Of a stretch of 64,000 nucleotides of DNA, positions 32,287 through 53,505 are shown in pieces (positions within the stretch are counted from its first letter, which is position 1; every line of letters starts with the position of its first letter). Below the pieces are notes generated by a model, which saw only the letters and a program-made list of their open reading frames with translations, did not search any database and had not been told where the DNA came from. Made by a program: the position numbers and the translations under genes. The DNA lies in assembly GCF_009914755.1 (NCBI RefSeq), contig NC_060929.1; one strand, given 5' to 3'. The stretch is from the human T2T-CHM13v2.0 reference genome, Homo sapiens.

Positions 32287-32889
32287 ATTACCTGTTAATT
32301 TGTGTCACTAAGGAAGTATCTTTAGAACCGGGAACTCAACAATCCCTTTCTCGTAGAATAAATAAATGGCAGTAAGAACTGTAAAAGTGAACCAGTGTGC
32401 ACCCATACGAATAGGAGATTATTTTTTGAAGATACCTACTGAGTGCAGAAAACAGAAAAGCAATTCCTTTGTGAGAAGCACAAGTTATGTTACATATTCT
32501 TACATAAGCAAAATGGTTTTATCTGTCATAGTTTACACACACACGTGCACATACACACATGTGCGTTCGGGTGCGCACACACACACACGCACACAAAGTT
32601 AAAAGTCCTGCTGATTGTTAATGACCAAATCCACTGCTTGCAGGGAGTAGTGGATAACACAGCCTACAGCTTGGATGCAATTCTTTTGGCTTTTTGACTT
32701 GTTCTGTGATGAACTGCCTTGAATGGGTCAACCATGTTTTAGTCTTATGAGAAATGAAAAGATTAGGGGCAAGTAAAAGGAACTCTATGATCAGTAGTTA
32801 TACTATTATACTATATTCAATGGTTATGTTTTTTTCCAGTTATACAAGTTACTTGAATGATGCACAATTAATTTATTATCATTATTATA

Positions 32890-33395
32890 AGAGATGGGCT
32901 CTCTCTATGTTGCCCAGGCTAGAATATTGTGTCTATTCAGTGGTACAGTCATAGCTCACTGTAGCCTGGAACTTCTGGGCTCAAGCAGTCGTCCCACCTC
33001 ATCCTCCTGAGTAGCTGGGATTGTAGCTATGTGTAGTTACATCTAGCTGGATACACAATCATTTGTTTATTTATTTATTCATTTTTATTATTATTATTTT
33101 TTGAGACAGGTCCCCCTCTGTTGCCAGTACTGGAGTGCAGTGGTGGGATCTATCTTGGCTCCCTGCAACTTCTGCTTTCTGGCCTTAAATGATTCTTTCA
33201 CCTCAGCCTCCCGAGTAGCTGGGACTACAGGCATGCCCCACCACGCTTGGCTAATTTTCCTTTTAAGGTTTTTTTTTCCTCACTATATTGCCCAGGCTGG
33301 TCTGGAAGTCTGGAACTTCTGGGCTCAAGTGATCCTCCTGCTTCGGCCTCCCAAAATGCTAGGATTTTACGGATGTGAGCCACCACACCTGGCCT
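32890..33395 (-). mobile_element. Old Alu monomer plus an AluJ-like element
   Basis: Two diverged Alu segments separated by (ttta)n. Confidence 0.8.
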
Positions 33396-33744
33396 GCACA
33401 ATTATTATGAAAAGGAATTAAGCCCAGTTGAGTTGCAGAAAATTGACCACCTTTTCATTTTTTTTTTCTAGAAACATTCATATTGTAGAACATATTGTCA
33501 ATCATCAAGATTCCCTATTTTTTATTCTGGTAAAACTAGGATTGCTGCTTATTTCCCATTATTTTCTAACAATTGCTTCACTTATTTCTTTTATGGCTTT
33601 AATCAGTTGAGTATAGAAATACAAGAACCTCCAAGTCAAATATCAAGGAAAGAAAAGAAAAACAGATTAGGGAAAGTTATTCTGTGAAATAACCATCTGA
33701 TTATAGGTCATGTCAACTTAATAAAAACCTTATATAATGCATTT

Positions 33745-34285
33745 GTGACAAGGGTTCCCAAGACCACCCCCAGGTTTGGTGATTCACTAGAAGGACTCAC
33801 AGGATTCAGCAAATAATCATATTCAGATCTTTAATTGATTACAATGAAAGGGTACAAGCAAAATGAGAGGGAAAAGGTGCATGTGGTGGTCAAGTCTGGA
33901 GGAAACCAGGCACAAGCTTCCAGAAGTTCTCTCCTGTGGAGTTCCCAGGATCTGCTTAATTCCCCCAGCCTCACATTTTGACAACCCATGTGCAGTGATG
34001 TCTACCAGTACCAGAATCTCATTAGAGACTCAGTACCCAAGTGTTTTTTATGGAGGTTACTCTCCCTCACATGTACCCACATTCCGACCTTCAGAAGGAA
34101 AGCAGCTGCTCAGAAGTAACCGCATTGTTTCTATAAACACTTTAGACACAGTGACCAGTCTTAGGGCATGGTGGGAACCCTCCCAATTCCAATTTCCTAA
34201 ACAACAGCCAAGGGCCAGGCTTGCATGCGGGTCTTTCTGAGGACGGCAGTCTCTCTCCTGCTATATGAAATCTTTCCTGCACAAC
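33745..34285 (-). mobile_element. ERV LTR relic (MER21/MER77-like)
   Basis: caagaccacccccaggtttggtgattcactagaaggactcacagg, typical of this LTR group's end. Confidence 0.55.
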
Positions 34286-34899
34286 AGTTTTAGCCCCAAC
34301 TTAACTTTTGGTGCTGTTTTAAAATTTCATTTTAACAGCAAATAATATTATAAGATAAGGTAACCTGGTGCTAGTTTCTGTTGCATGATCCATCCTGTGT
34401 TGCAATGCTGGCTACCTTTTTGACTTCTGGTGACTCACAGGTATTTGAATGGAAGTTACCATAGCAATATTAAGCAATTATAATCTGTCCTTCTTATCTC
34501 TTTAACCTTTCAGTGAAAGTGTTAAATTGAATAAGCATAATAATTTCTGAGTTAAAATTAGAATAAAAATGGTCTTTTATTTTGATTATGTGAATCTAGT
34601 TTTCATGTCGTGCTAAATCCCTGTTTAGAGTTATGAAATAAGATATTCAATCATTTTATCAATATTTTCTTGCCTAAGCTTGCAATTGAATCTATTTGTT
34701 TTATGTATTTTCTATACTGCGATTTGAGAAATCATGCCCACATGCTGTTACTTTGGTCTTTAATGATCTCCAATTTTTAGGGTTACCACTGTGTCCTGCT
34801 TAAATATATCATAATAACAGATTCAGTGAATATCTTTTATTTTTTATTTTTGTTCTGGAAATCCTGGGATGCATAGACAATGAATATGTTTTTTAAATC

Positions 34900-35340
34900 A
34901 GTAACTCTATTTCTTATAGCAGTTTTAGGTTCACAGCAAAATCGGAGGAAGGTACAGAGATTTCTCCTATGTTCCATGCCTCCCACACATGCATGGCCTC
35001 CCCCATGATTAGTATTTTCCACCAGAGTGGTACATTTGTTACAACTGATGATCCTACATTGACACATTATAATCACTCAAAGTTCATAGTTGACATCAGG
35101 CTCCATTCTTAATACTGTACATTCTGTGAATTTGGACAAATGTATAATGACATGTGTCTATTTATTATAGATAGAACAGTTTCACTGCCCTAAAAATGCT
35201 CTATTCTCTGCCTGTTCATCTCTCCCTTTCTCCCTAGCAGCTGCTGGAAACCACTGATCTTTTATCTGTCTTCATAGTTTTACTTTTTTCAGGAGAGTCA
35301 TATAGTTGAAATAATACAATGGATATCTTTTTGAATAGTT
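34900..35340 (-). mobile_element. Old L1 (L1MB/MC) 3'UTR fragment
   Basis: ttttaggttcacagcaaaa..gaaggtacagagattt..tggtacatttgttacaactgatga..cattgacacatt. Confidence 0.7.
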
Positions 35341-36550
35341 AAAAAAGTAAAGTTCCATGGTAATTGAATGTAGTCATTTAAGATGTTCTTTGTCCTTTTG
35401 TTTTTCTTTAGCTTCTTTGTCTTTGTAAGGTCTGATGACATATGCTTTACATACTTAGGAAACATGATTTGTATAGGCCTTTGCCACATAATGGAAAGGG
35501 TTGAGGAAAATGACACCACGCAATACCACACAGCACAAACTGGAGCATCTTGCTCCAGTGAGGTGGGTCCAGATAGACTCCCTAGCAATGGAAGGGGAGA
35601 AGCTCAAGAGGTTGTACTTTAAAAAACTGGAATCACAAAGTCTTTCATACTTACCTTGGGTTGGAAATAAGACCAGGCAGTGAATGTTATAGATAAATAC
35701 ATATGTTCCTCACTGATCCTCTTCCTTTGAGGGATGACTTTGAAAACAGTCTGTGTTATGATGACATGACTCACCTGCAACTAGATTCTGTGTCATGAGG
35801 GACGGCAGTTTTGCTTTGTGTGAGGTGAAAAAGAATTTTTTTCTCCTACTAGGGAAAGGGGCAAGCATTGGAACATTCTGGCAGCAAGAGGGCATTGATA
35901 GTTTTCTTTCTGTATATTTTTCATATCATATAGTACTGCCTGGCAGCCTGGCATACCACGCCGGTGTTTCTTAAGCTTCTCTCTGAATGTGAGGCGTGGT
36001 TCCGAGTGTATAAGCTCTTAAAGGAGTGATCTTTCCAGTGGTTCTTTCTGTGGGAGGTAAAATGGCAGGTGAATTTGGGCCTTGTTATACGTGGGGCAGA
36101 GTATATAGCTACAACTAAGGAAACCACCCAGCACCTTCCCCAGAAGAGTAGTATCCAGAGTAACACATTGAGCTCTCTTGAGCTCTTCTCCACTGGCAGC
36201 TGGAAAGTTTTTGCAAGGATCCCTGTTGCTGGTCTGATTCCTATGTTCTGCTGGCTGCTGGTGATAGGGTGTTTTATTCTAAACTGAAAAGTTTTAACTG
36301 AAGAGCTAGAGAGGCTGTGTTGTGTTACAACAAAATAAGTGCAGTAGTTCCCCATTAACTATGGGAGATAACATTCTAAGACACCCCCAGTGAATGCCTG
36401 AGACCACAAATAGTACCGAATCACCCACTGGTTTTTCCTACACATACATAACCATGATAATATTTAATGTATAAATTAGGCACAGTAAGAAATGAACAAT
36501 AAAATAAAAAATTATACTGTAATAAAAGTTACTTGAATGTGGTCTCTTGA

Positions 36551-36877
<327 letters not shown>

Positions 36878-37220
36878 GGTTCTCACCCTTTTTCTTGTTA
36901 TGATGTGAAGTGATACAATGCCCGTGTAATGAGATGAACTGAGGTGAATGACGTGATCCTAGATAGTCAGGCCTTGATGTTGGCGGCAGGGTACAGGAGG
37001 AGACCGTGTTGATGACTAACGGGTGGACAGCATGTGCAGTGTAGGTGCACTGCAGGACGATTCACATCCTGGGCTGGATAGAGGGTGCTGACGGTTTCAC
37101 TGTGCTTCTCGGAATGGCACACTAAAACTTATGACCTCTTTATTTCTGGAGTTTTCCGTGTATATTTTTGGAATACAGTTGACTATTAGTAACTGTAACC
37201 ACAGAAATCAAAACTGCAGA

Positions 37221-38031
37221 TGTAAAATCTCTGGATCTTAACTCATTTGTTGGGTACAATTCTTAAAATCCTTAGGATTTCCAAAGTGATGTTTTTTTGT
37301 ATGCTAATGATCGATGGCTGGAAGCCCCTAGGTAGCTTCAGGATGGGAACTGGTCACCATCCTGAAGACATGATTGATTAGAGTGTTGAGATCTTCTGTC
37401 TCATTCAGGAGACTCTGGAGAGGAGAGAAGAGCTGAAGGTTGTCAGTCACCAAAGGCCAGTGATTAATCAGTGATGCCAATATAATGAAGCTTTCATCAA
37501 GACCCAAAGTGACTGGGCTTGGAGAGCTTCCAGATGGCTGAATGCATGGAGGCTCCTACAGGGTGGTGTGTCCTGGGAGGGCATGGAATCTCTGTGCCAC
37601 CTCCCCCATACTTTGCACTATGCATCTCTTCATCTGTATCTTTTGTAATGTCATTCATAGAAAACTGGTAAATGTGTTTCCCTGAGTACTTTGAGCCACT
37701 CTAGCAATTCAATTTAACCCAAAGAGGGAGTCCTGGGAACCCCAATTTGAAGACAGTTGGCCAGAAGTTCTGGAGTTTCAGACCTACGACTGATGTAGGG
37801 AGGCAGTTTCATGGGACTGAGCCCTTTACCTGTGCAATCTGATGCTATCTGCAGATAGAGTGTGAGAATTGACTTAAGAGGATGCCCAGTTTGTGTCATC
37901 TGCAGAAATGATTGCTTACTTGTTGGTGGAGAAAAACCCTCCCCACGTTTTGTCACAGGAGACTTCTTTGTTGATGATTGTTGCTGTGACGTGACAGCAG
38001 AGAAAAACAGGTCAAATGTGTCTTTTCCACA
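37221..38031 (+). mobile_element. MER21-type LTR
   Basis: ctggtaaatgtgtttccctgagtactttgagccactctagcaa..aacccaaagagggagtcctgggaaccccaattt. Confidence 0.7.
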
Positions 38032-38639
38032 CATACAGTGGACAAGGGGTACTACTGTATACTCTGTTTGAACTGCCCGTCATGTTTTGGTCCTGAAATC
38101 ATGCTCTTTGACACTGTTCATTCATCACACCTGTTCTGCTAACAATACCATTTTTAGTCAATCTCACAGGGTTTGGCTAGGATAACTTGTATACTGCGGT
38201 TCACTTGTAGATATCAAATTTTATAAATTTATTCTTCTTTGCATTTAATAAATACAAAGTAAGGGAAGTAAGAGTTCTTACTGCATTAATTATCTACTAA
38301 TAGGTATAATTAATATTAATTCTAATAAGGTCCCGGTTATGCTCCCAAAGGAATGCTTTATAACAAAGCATCAGTCCTATGCTTTAAAAAAAGAAAAGAA
38401 AAGAAAAGAAAAAAACATGGTCTGAAGTCTGCACACAAGTGTGCATAACTTTTTTGTGAAGGTAGAGTCTTGCTGTTTCCCAAGCTGGCCTCAAACTTCT
38501 GGGTTCCTCAAGTGATCCTCCTGCCTCAGCCTCCCAAGTAGTTGGGAATACAGGCATGTATCACTGTGCCTTCTTATGCTTTTAATATTCTATACAATTA
38601 TTATTGATTTATAATGCAGTATACCTTTTTCTTTAATAG

Positions 38640-38670
38640 ATTCTGGGAGTTCTGATGAATATGCAGTCAG
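38640..38670 (+). pseudogene. ANKRD20A-like 31-nt exon with intact splice sites
   Basis: ttaatag|AT TCT GGG AGT TCT GAT GAA TAT GCA GTC AG|gtagg translates (D)SGSSDEYAV, versus recalled DVGSSDESAVS; in phase with the 31371 exon. Confidence 0.85.
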
Positions 38671-39664
38671 GTAGGATTTTACAGATTTAAAAAATTATGT
38701 TAACTAAGGAAATATAGATGGAAGAGATTCATATCTGTTGAGTGTTGTATTCTGGGCTAAACCCCTATTGTGTGCTATGCATTTATCATCCCATAAAGCC
38801 ATCGCAACATCTGTGTTCTTATAACCTACTGTTTATTACATAGGCAACTGTGGTTTAGAGGTTGATTAATTGGCTCATGATCCTGTAGTTAACAAAGTAG
38901 CTGACCCACAGTTAAACCATCAGCCTGTCTGGCTTCCAGATCCCTTATCTTGCTCCTCAGCATAGATTGATAGAAATCTGTGCAGCACTTGGATCAAGGT
39001 ACACGTCTGAATCAGATTAATTTAGACAGTCAAATCTAGTTGTATGTTAACTCTCATTTAAGGTTATTGTTAGAAATGTGGTTAGTCCAAGAGTTTCTCC
39101 TCATAAATTTGACAGTTTCAGTGGTAGCCAATATCTTATTTTACTATCAGAGGCTTTAGGGCAAGGTAAAGGTTTGGCCATAGGATTATAATTTTACAAA
39201 AGCAAGATTAGACAAGTCTCAGAAATTATTTGACTTCCCAGTTTGGTTTTCCCTTTAGGCTAGTACTTCTGCTTAATTCCATAATACTTTTTTTAAGACT
39301 TTTTCCTTTTTCCATGACATTTCTATAATCCTGTCTTGATGTTGTAAAACTTTCTTCTCTGCTTTTCTTGGTCTTTCGTTATATTATTTTTTCAAAATCT
39401 GCTGACTATATATTCCCAGTTTTCTTATAGACAGAATCAAAAGCACATAGAATTACAGAATTTTAAGGAATCATAGGACAAATTAAAATAACCTCTAGTA
39501 CTTTAACCTGTGTTAAACATTCTGGTCAAGTGTTTCTCTAGATAGAGAACGTGAGACTCAAAGAGATTAGGATAGTTTTTTTATATATAGGAAGTGGCAG
39601 AAAGGAGATTTCAACTCATTTTAAAGCTCAGTACTTGTCTTTTTTTTTTTTTTTATCCTATTGG

Positions 39665-39980
39665 CATGTTTTTCTGTTTGTTTTTTGTTTTATTTTGTTT
39701 TTTTGAGACAGTCTCTCTCTGCTGCCCAGGCTGGAGTGCAGTGGCACAGTCTTGGCTCAATGCAACCTCTGCCGCCCGAGTTCAAGCGATTCTCCTGCCT
39801 CAGCCTCCTGAGTAGCTGGGATTACATGCACTTGCCACTACACCCGGGTAGTATTTGTATTTTAAGTAGAGGTGGGGTTTCAGCATCTTGGCCACGCTGG
39901 CCTTGAACTTCAGACCTCGATCCACTCGTCTCCACCACCCAAAGTGCTGAGATCACAGGCAAGAGCCACGACGCCCGGTT
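39665..39980 (-). mobile_element. Diverged AluS
   Basis: Alu dimer on the - strand. Confidence 0.85.
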
Positions 39981-40059
39981 TGGCATGTGTTTTAATAATA
40001 CAAAGTAGGGCGGGGCACAGTGGCTCACAACTGTGGGTCCTCATTTGCATGAGCTAAGT

Positions 40060-42968
40060 TTTTCATAGCAATCAAAAGCAAAGCAAGCCCAGGTGTTCGC
40101 CATTCTCCTTAATGGCATCAAGCCCAGGGTTTGAGAGCCATTTTCATTGGCCCCAGATGACCTGTTCATACCTGTCTTCATTGTGCCCAGCTCGGGGCTT
40201 CAAAGCTGGCTTCATCCAGGCCTGCAAAGGTGTTCACAGTGGTCCTCATCTAAGCCAGCCAAGGTGTTCTCTTACCATCCACACGATAGCCAGCCCAGAT
40301 GTCCCTAGCCGTCCTCATCGAGGCCAGCCAGTTTGTTCACACTCGTGCTTATTGGGGCCAGCCACCTTCATAGAGGTCATCTCAGGTATTTACAGGCATC
40401 CTCACTGGGGCCAGCCCATGTGTCCACAGCTGTCCTCAGTGGGCATAGCCCGGGTGTTCATAGTTTTCCTCACTGGACTTAATCCAGGTGTTCCGAGCAA
40501 TTCACATGGTCCCAGGCCAGGTGTTGACAGGTGTCCTCAATGGGGATGGCCCAGATGTTCACCGTTGTCTTAATTAGGCCAAGTGCAGATGCCCATAGCT
40601 GCCTCACAGGGCTCAGCCAAAAGGAACAAGGGTGTTCTCCTGAGCCCACATCACGTATTTATAGCTTTCCACATTGGGGTCAGCCCAGGTGTTGGTAGCC
40701 ATGCATTCTGGGCCAATCCGTTATTCCAAGCTGTTTCCTTGGGCCCAGCCCAGGTGTCCACAGCCATCCTCATTGGTCCAGCACAGGTGTTCAGAGCTAT
40801 CCTCCTTGGCCCCAGGCCAGATGTTGACACTCGATCTGACTGGGCCCAGACCGGGTATGCAAAGCTGTCTTAACTGGGAGCAGCCCATGCTTTCACAGCG
40901 GTCTTCACTGGTGTCAGCCAGGTTTCTCAGAACTGTCACTTGGCCGAACCTTGGTGTACATTGCCATCCCCATGGAGCACAGCTCAGGTATCCATAGCCA
41001 TCCTCACTGGGGCCAGCTGAGGTGTTCCCAGCCATCCTCATTTGTCTCAGTGCAGGGGTTCACAGCTGTCCTCACTGGCTGAGCCTAGTTGTTCCTCGCA
41101 ATCATTACTTGAGCAAGACCAGGTGTTCATGGCTGTTCTAATTGGGGGCGAGCCCAGGAGTTAATGGTGCTCCTCATCTGGGCCAGCCCAGGTATTCACA
41201 GCCATCCTCATCATGATCAGTTTCAGTGTTCAAAGCTGTCCTCCTGAGGCCAGCCTGGTTGTTCGCTGCTGCTTTTACTGGGCCCAGCCCAGGTTTTCCC
41301 AGCTTCCCTCACTGGGGCTAGCGCAGGTGTTCACAGCTTTCCTCATTGGGCCCAGGCCATGGGTTCATAGCCATCTTCATCAGGCAAAGCCAAGGTGTTC
41401 ACAGCCATTTTTTCCGGGTCCAGCCGAAGTCGCCCTCACTTGGGCCCAGCCCAGGCGTTAATAGTCATCATCAGTGGGATTAGCCCAGTTGTTCACAGCA
41501 TCTTTCTAGGGCTGAGTTTAGGTGTCAAGAGCCATTCATCTTGGGCCCAGCCAGCTGTTCATAGGCATCCTCATGGGGACAGGCCCAAGTGCTCACAGTG
41601 GCTCTCACTGAAACCAGGGCAGGTGTTTTTGGCTGTCTTCATTGGGCCCAGCCTAGACATTCATAGCTGTGCTCAAGGCGACCAGCCACGATGTTAACAG
41701 CTGTCTTCAGGGCAATCGTCCCCGGTGCCACAGCTGTCCTTATTGGCTTAGCCCAAGTGTTCTCAGCTGTTCTCGTTGGACCCAGGCCAGGTGTTCACAG
41801 CTGTCCTCACTGGCCCAGCCCAGGTTTCCATAGCCACCCTCACTGGGTCCAGCTCAGGGCTTCACAGCTGTTTACTCTGGGCCGAGTCCAAACACTCCAA
41901 GCTATCCTTAGAGGGCCCAGCCAAGGCGTTCACAGCCATCCTCATTGGTAGCTAGCCCAGGTGTTAGTCCTTGTCCTCAGTGGGCCAGACCAGTGTTCAC
42001 AGACATCCTTATTGGGCCAGCCCAGGAGTTCCATGCTGACCTCGCTGGGCCCTGCCTAGCCCTTCATAGCTGTCCTCACTGGGCCCAGGCCAGGTGTTTG
42101 CAGCCATCCCCATCAAGGTCAGCCCAGGGGTTCACAGCCTTCCTTGTTTGTATGAACTCAGTTTATTATAGCAACAGTTTTTGATGGCTGTCAATATCAA
42201 GGCAAGCCCAGGAGTTCACGCTACCCCTCAGTAACATCAAGCCCAGGGTTAAGAGCCATTTTCACTGGCCCCAGGCCACCTGTTCATAGCTGTCTTCATT
42301 GTTTCCAGCCCAGGGCTTCCCAGCTGTCTTCATCCAGGCCTGCGCCGGTGTTCACAGTGGTCCTCATCTAAGCCAGCCAAGAAGATCTCTGTCATCCACG
42401 TGACAGCCAGCCCAGATGTCCCTAGCCGTCCTCATCAAGGCCAGCCAGTTTGCTTACACGTGTGCTAATTGGAGCCAGCCACCCTCATAGAGGCCATCCC
42501 AGGTACCGACAGCCATCCACACTGAGCCCAGCCCAGGTGTCCACACCTGTCCCCATTGAGCCTAGCCCTGGTGTTCATGGCTTTTGTCACAGGACTTCTC
42601 CCAGTTGTTTCCAGCAGTTTCCATGGTCCCAGGCCAGGGTTTCACAGACATCCTCAATGGGGACAGCCCAGCTGTTCACCATTGTCTTAATTAGGCCCAG
42701 TGCAGATGTTCACACGTGTCTTCCTTTGGCTCAGCCAAAATGAACAGAACTCCTGAGCGCATACCAGCGGTTTCTAGCTGTCCACATTGGGGCCAGCCCA
42801 GGTGTTCGTAGCCCTACGTTCTGGGCCCATCCCAGTTATTCCAAGCTGTCCTCTTGGGCCTAGCCCAGGTGTCCACAGCCATCCTCCTTGGTCCCGGCAC
42901 AGGTGTTCACAGCTATCCTCCTTGGCCCCAGGCCACATGTTCACATGCCATCTCACTGGGCCCAGAGC
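40060..42968. repeat. Diverged ~34-35-bp satellite (gggcccagcccaggtgttcacagctgtcctcact)
   Basis: Continuous degenerate units with a higher-order duplication of period ~2.12 kb. Confidence 0.9.
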
Positions 42969-44029
42969 AGCTATGGAAATGTTTGCTCTTGAAGTTGAGG
43001 TCTGTTTTAATTGAGGTTTCTGAGGTTGTATAGCAGTGTGCAGATGCAGGGGACTTGTGCCCCAGCACTGGGCTGCCTGGCTGTGCCCTGGGCTTGTGTG
43101 ACCTTCAGTCTGTGCTGGGCTGGAATCTGCTCTAGAGGTTTCCAGATTTCTTTTTACCCTCCACCCCAACAGACCCTCAGGCCTTTTTGTGCTCACTTCC
43201 CAAGCTCCCCCTGGACTCTGCTCCAGAGTCCATGTCAGCCCCGCCTGGGACCTTGACTGCCACATCACCCACATTGCTCCTCTCAGCCTGTGATGACGAT
43301 ATATCCAGACCCCTTTCTGCCCCAGAGCTGCAGTGGGTCTCAGAGGAGCCCAGCTTTACCCCACAGTCTACCCTGGGAAGGTGGAGACACATCTGATACT
43401 GACACTGCAGGGGGTGCCCCATATGGCAGCTGCTCCACCAGGGCTGCCCTGACCCGTCCCCAGCTGTAAGTCCCATGTCACTGGTGTGCACAGGCACTCA
43501 CCTCTTTAACTTTGTCACGTCCACATTCTTAAGTGTTTGGTGGCACCAGGACCTGGCAGGTCTGAGGGAAGGACCCCTCGAAGCTCAGTTAGTTCTCTAT
43601 GTCCAGCAAGGATGAGTGTGAGGCCCCGAGCATCGAGCATCGGGAAAACCACGTCAGGTGTTCCTCCCAAGTAGGTGCCCATTGCAGTGCCTGCCCCTGC
43701 CAGAGGGCACTGCCTGAGCTAAATCCCCCGTCTCACCTTCCCAGACCTTCACCTGGTTTCAGGGCTCCTCAGCCACCCACATATCGCTGAAATGTCAAAG
43801 AGCTTGTGAGGAAGCTTCTGGGGCACCTGCCTTCTAGAGGAGGCTGAGGGCAGCTGCGGATGGTTATTTATGGGGATGTTTTTGGCCTGGGCCACAAGCA
43901 GGTGGGTAAGTGGCACAGGGATGGCAGCTTAAGGTGCCCCGGCTTCTCTGCGTGGCTGTCACTGAGCAGAGGAGTCCGGGCCTGCCAGCAGGTTCCATCC
44001 TAGCTTATTCTCTGTGTGTCCTCAGTTGG

Positions 44030-44160
44030 GGTACCTACCCGGTCTCTGCCTCAGTTTCCTCCTCTGTGAGACAGTGATCCTAACAGGCCCTACCTCTGAC
44101 AGTGGTTTTGATGAAGTACGCGATGTGGGTGAAGCACCTGGAGCTGGCCCACTCACAAAG
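44030..44160. mobile_element. MIR fragment
   Basis: tctctgcctcagtttcctcctctgtgaga..cctacctc core. Confidence 0.6.
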
Positions 44161-45284
44161 AACGCGCCACGGACTCTCAAGGTTAATGTTGAAAAGGGGC
44201 TGGGGTGGGGCAAAAGTGGGCAGGCCATTTCAGCTCCAGGTGCCTGGGCTGACAGATTGGATTAAATTAGCATGTGCATTGCTGAGTGCACAGGGGACAG
44301 TTGCCCAGGCCAGAGGCATCAGGGTCAAAGCTGGTGATGCCTTGGCCTCATCACCCCAGGCTAGGGCCAGTGCATGATGTAGTCAGCCAGGGGAGGGCTC
44401 TGGAGCCCTGCAGCCGAGGGGGCCTGGTGACCCTCACAAGGTCATTCACAGGCCACTAGGATGGCCTGCCCTTTTCCGGCCAGGCCTCACTCTAGGAAAA
44501 AAAAAAAATTGATTGTAACCTCGTTGGCAGTTTCCTTTGCATAGAAGTGGGAATTCGCTGCTAGCGAGGCTGGTGATGAACTCCGCAAAAGCTGGGAAAT
44601 CTCGTTTGAGCAGGAGCGCCCATTATCTTGGCCAAGCTGCTGCAGCTGGGCTGAGCGGGTGTGGAAGTGTGGGTGGTAGTCGTGTAAGTTCTCCAGCCAA
44701 GCCCAAGTTCCTCTGCAGACCTGTGCATGACGGCATATCCAGATGATTCCAACCTCCTGCTGTGGATTCAGTCCCGCTCCATAAGACTTCTCTGCAGTCC
44801 CCAGACATCAACAAGGAGCAATAAGCTATCTTTTCTGTGTCTTACCTGAATTCTTGTCCCTGTGAAGCATTAGCAAATTGAAATGTTTGTTTTCTACCAG
44901 CATTTGGGGGTATTAGTTTTTTTTATTTAAAAATAATCACAGTAAAGACATCAGGAATAACACACTTGTAGGACATTCACGAGGTACAGAAGAATGCACA
45001 CCAAAATCTGGACTTGTCTTTTCCTCTTCTGTAGCCTGCCAGCTTCTGCCTCTGGAAGTAACAACTGTTAAGTTTCTGCACATCTTTCCAGATTTATTAA
45101 TTGAACAATCATACAGCACTGACACCGTGACAAAGCTTTGTCAAAGGACTTTGGCTACCAGTGTAAAAGACTCATTTATTTTCATTTACTGTGAACACTT
45201 AGGTGGCACCAGGAAGGAAAGCCTTATGTTCATTCCTTTTTATTCTTCCTAACATATTCTGTTTTTAAAAATGTCTTTTCTAGG

Positions 45285-45636
<352 letters not shown>

Positions 45637-45834
45637 TTAATTGAGTTTTCTCACTCTCTCTCATATATGTGTATATATATATGTGCACACCTGCCCAATT
45701 TTCTATTCAGTTGTTGACAATTAAAATTCTCCATTTACACAGGTAATATGTGTTCCTTCCCAAATTCTGTTAACCACCCCTTCAATTAGATAATTCCTGA
45801 AAAAAATTGCAACATCTATGTTAATGCAGTTTTT

Positions 45835-51991
<6,157 letters not shown>

Positions 51992-52635
51992 TATTAATGC
52001 AGTTTTTGTGCCTCATTAATGACCCATTTGATTTAATAGTTCTTAAAACTTGTGATGAATCAACAGTGATGGAAAGTTGTACTGAATCATATCTTTTTTT
52101 ATTACTATGAATTATATTGTTAGAGATTGGCTTTAAAATTGAAGTTACACTAATGCATTTTAAATGTAATTTGGAGCTAGTTTAGAATTGTTGAAGCTAG
52201 GACTCTCTGGTGACTCAGGAATAGTAGAAATTGGTGGGGAAGGCATTTCACATCAAGCCTGGAATCTCCCTTTATTCTCAATGTATTAGCTTTTCTTATC
52301 TTTACCCTGAAATTTTCACTATCAAATATATTTGAGAGGCAAATCTTTTTCCTCCTTTAATGTTTGTTTCATACACATAGAATAATACTGTGTGTCTGAG
52401 ATTCAGTTTTTGAAATGAAACATGGAGTCTAAGTGACCCCTTGTCGATGTGACAATGGACTGGTCTAGATCACAGCAGTTGGGCCCCATATTGTGACATG
52501 GATGCTTGCGAAAATTCTACTGTGACCTGTTGCTGAGGTGATCTGATGATATAGGTCTTGCCTTTCATTTTAACTGCCATTCTGGCAACTGAACGTTGGC
52601 AGTAAACGCAGCTTAGTTGTCTCAGAGGACTCACA

Positions 52636-52666
52636 ATGGGATGTGCTTATAGTTGTTGCCTTGAAG
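52636..52666 (+). CDS. FAM153B: FAM153-family coding exon 1 (MGCAYSCCLE)
   Basis: ATG at 52636, donor G|gtatgt. The six exons splice in frame into the recalled FAM153B N-terminus. Which paralog (A/B/C) this is remains uncertain. Confidence 0.8.
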
Positions 52667-52892
52667 GTATGTATGTTCATTTCCATCTTCTGACTGCAAT
52701 TTCTTCAGATAAGCCAGTTTTCCTGTACGTTAAATGTCATTCTGATTTTTTTTTATTTCCCCAGCTCCTATTTGTCTACAGATTTATAAATATGTTTCAG
52801 AGTTTTATTACTCAATTTGTGTTTTTTTATTCTTCTATCAAGATTTTTGCCTCAAATACTTTTCTCTAGAAAATACACTGTTTCCAATGCCA

Positions 52893-53505
<613 letters not shown>

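Noticed and set aside
43590-44860. Possible exons (KDECEAPSIEHRENHVRCSSQ at ~43607; CpG-containing stretch 44543-44700)
   Set aside because: Splice-like signals are present, but I cannot tie them to any gene or consistent frame.
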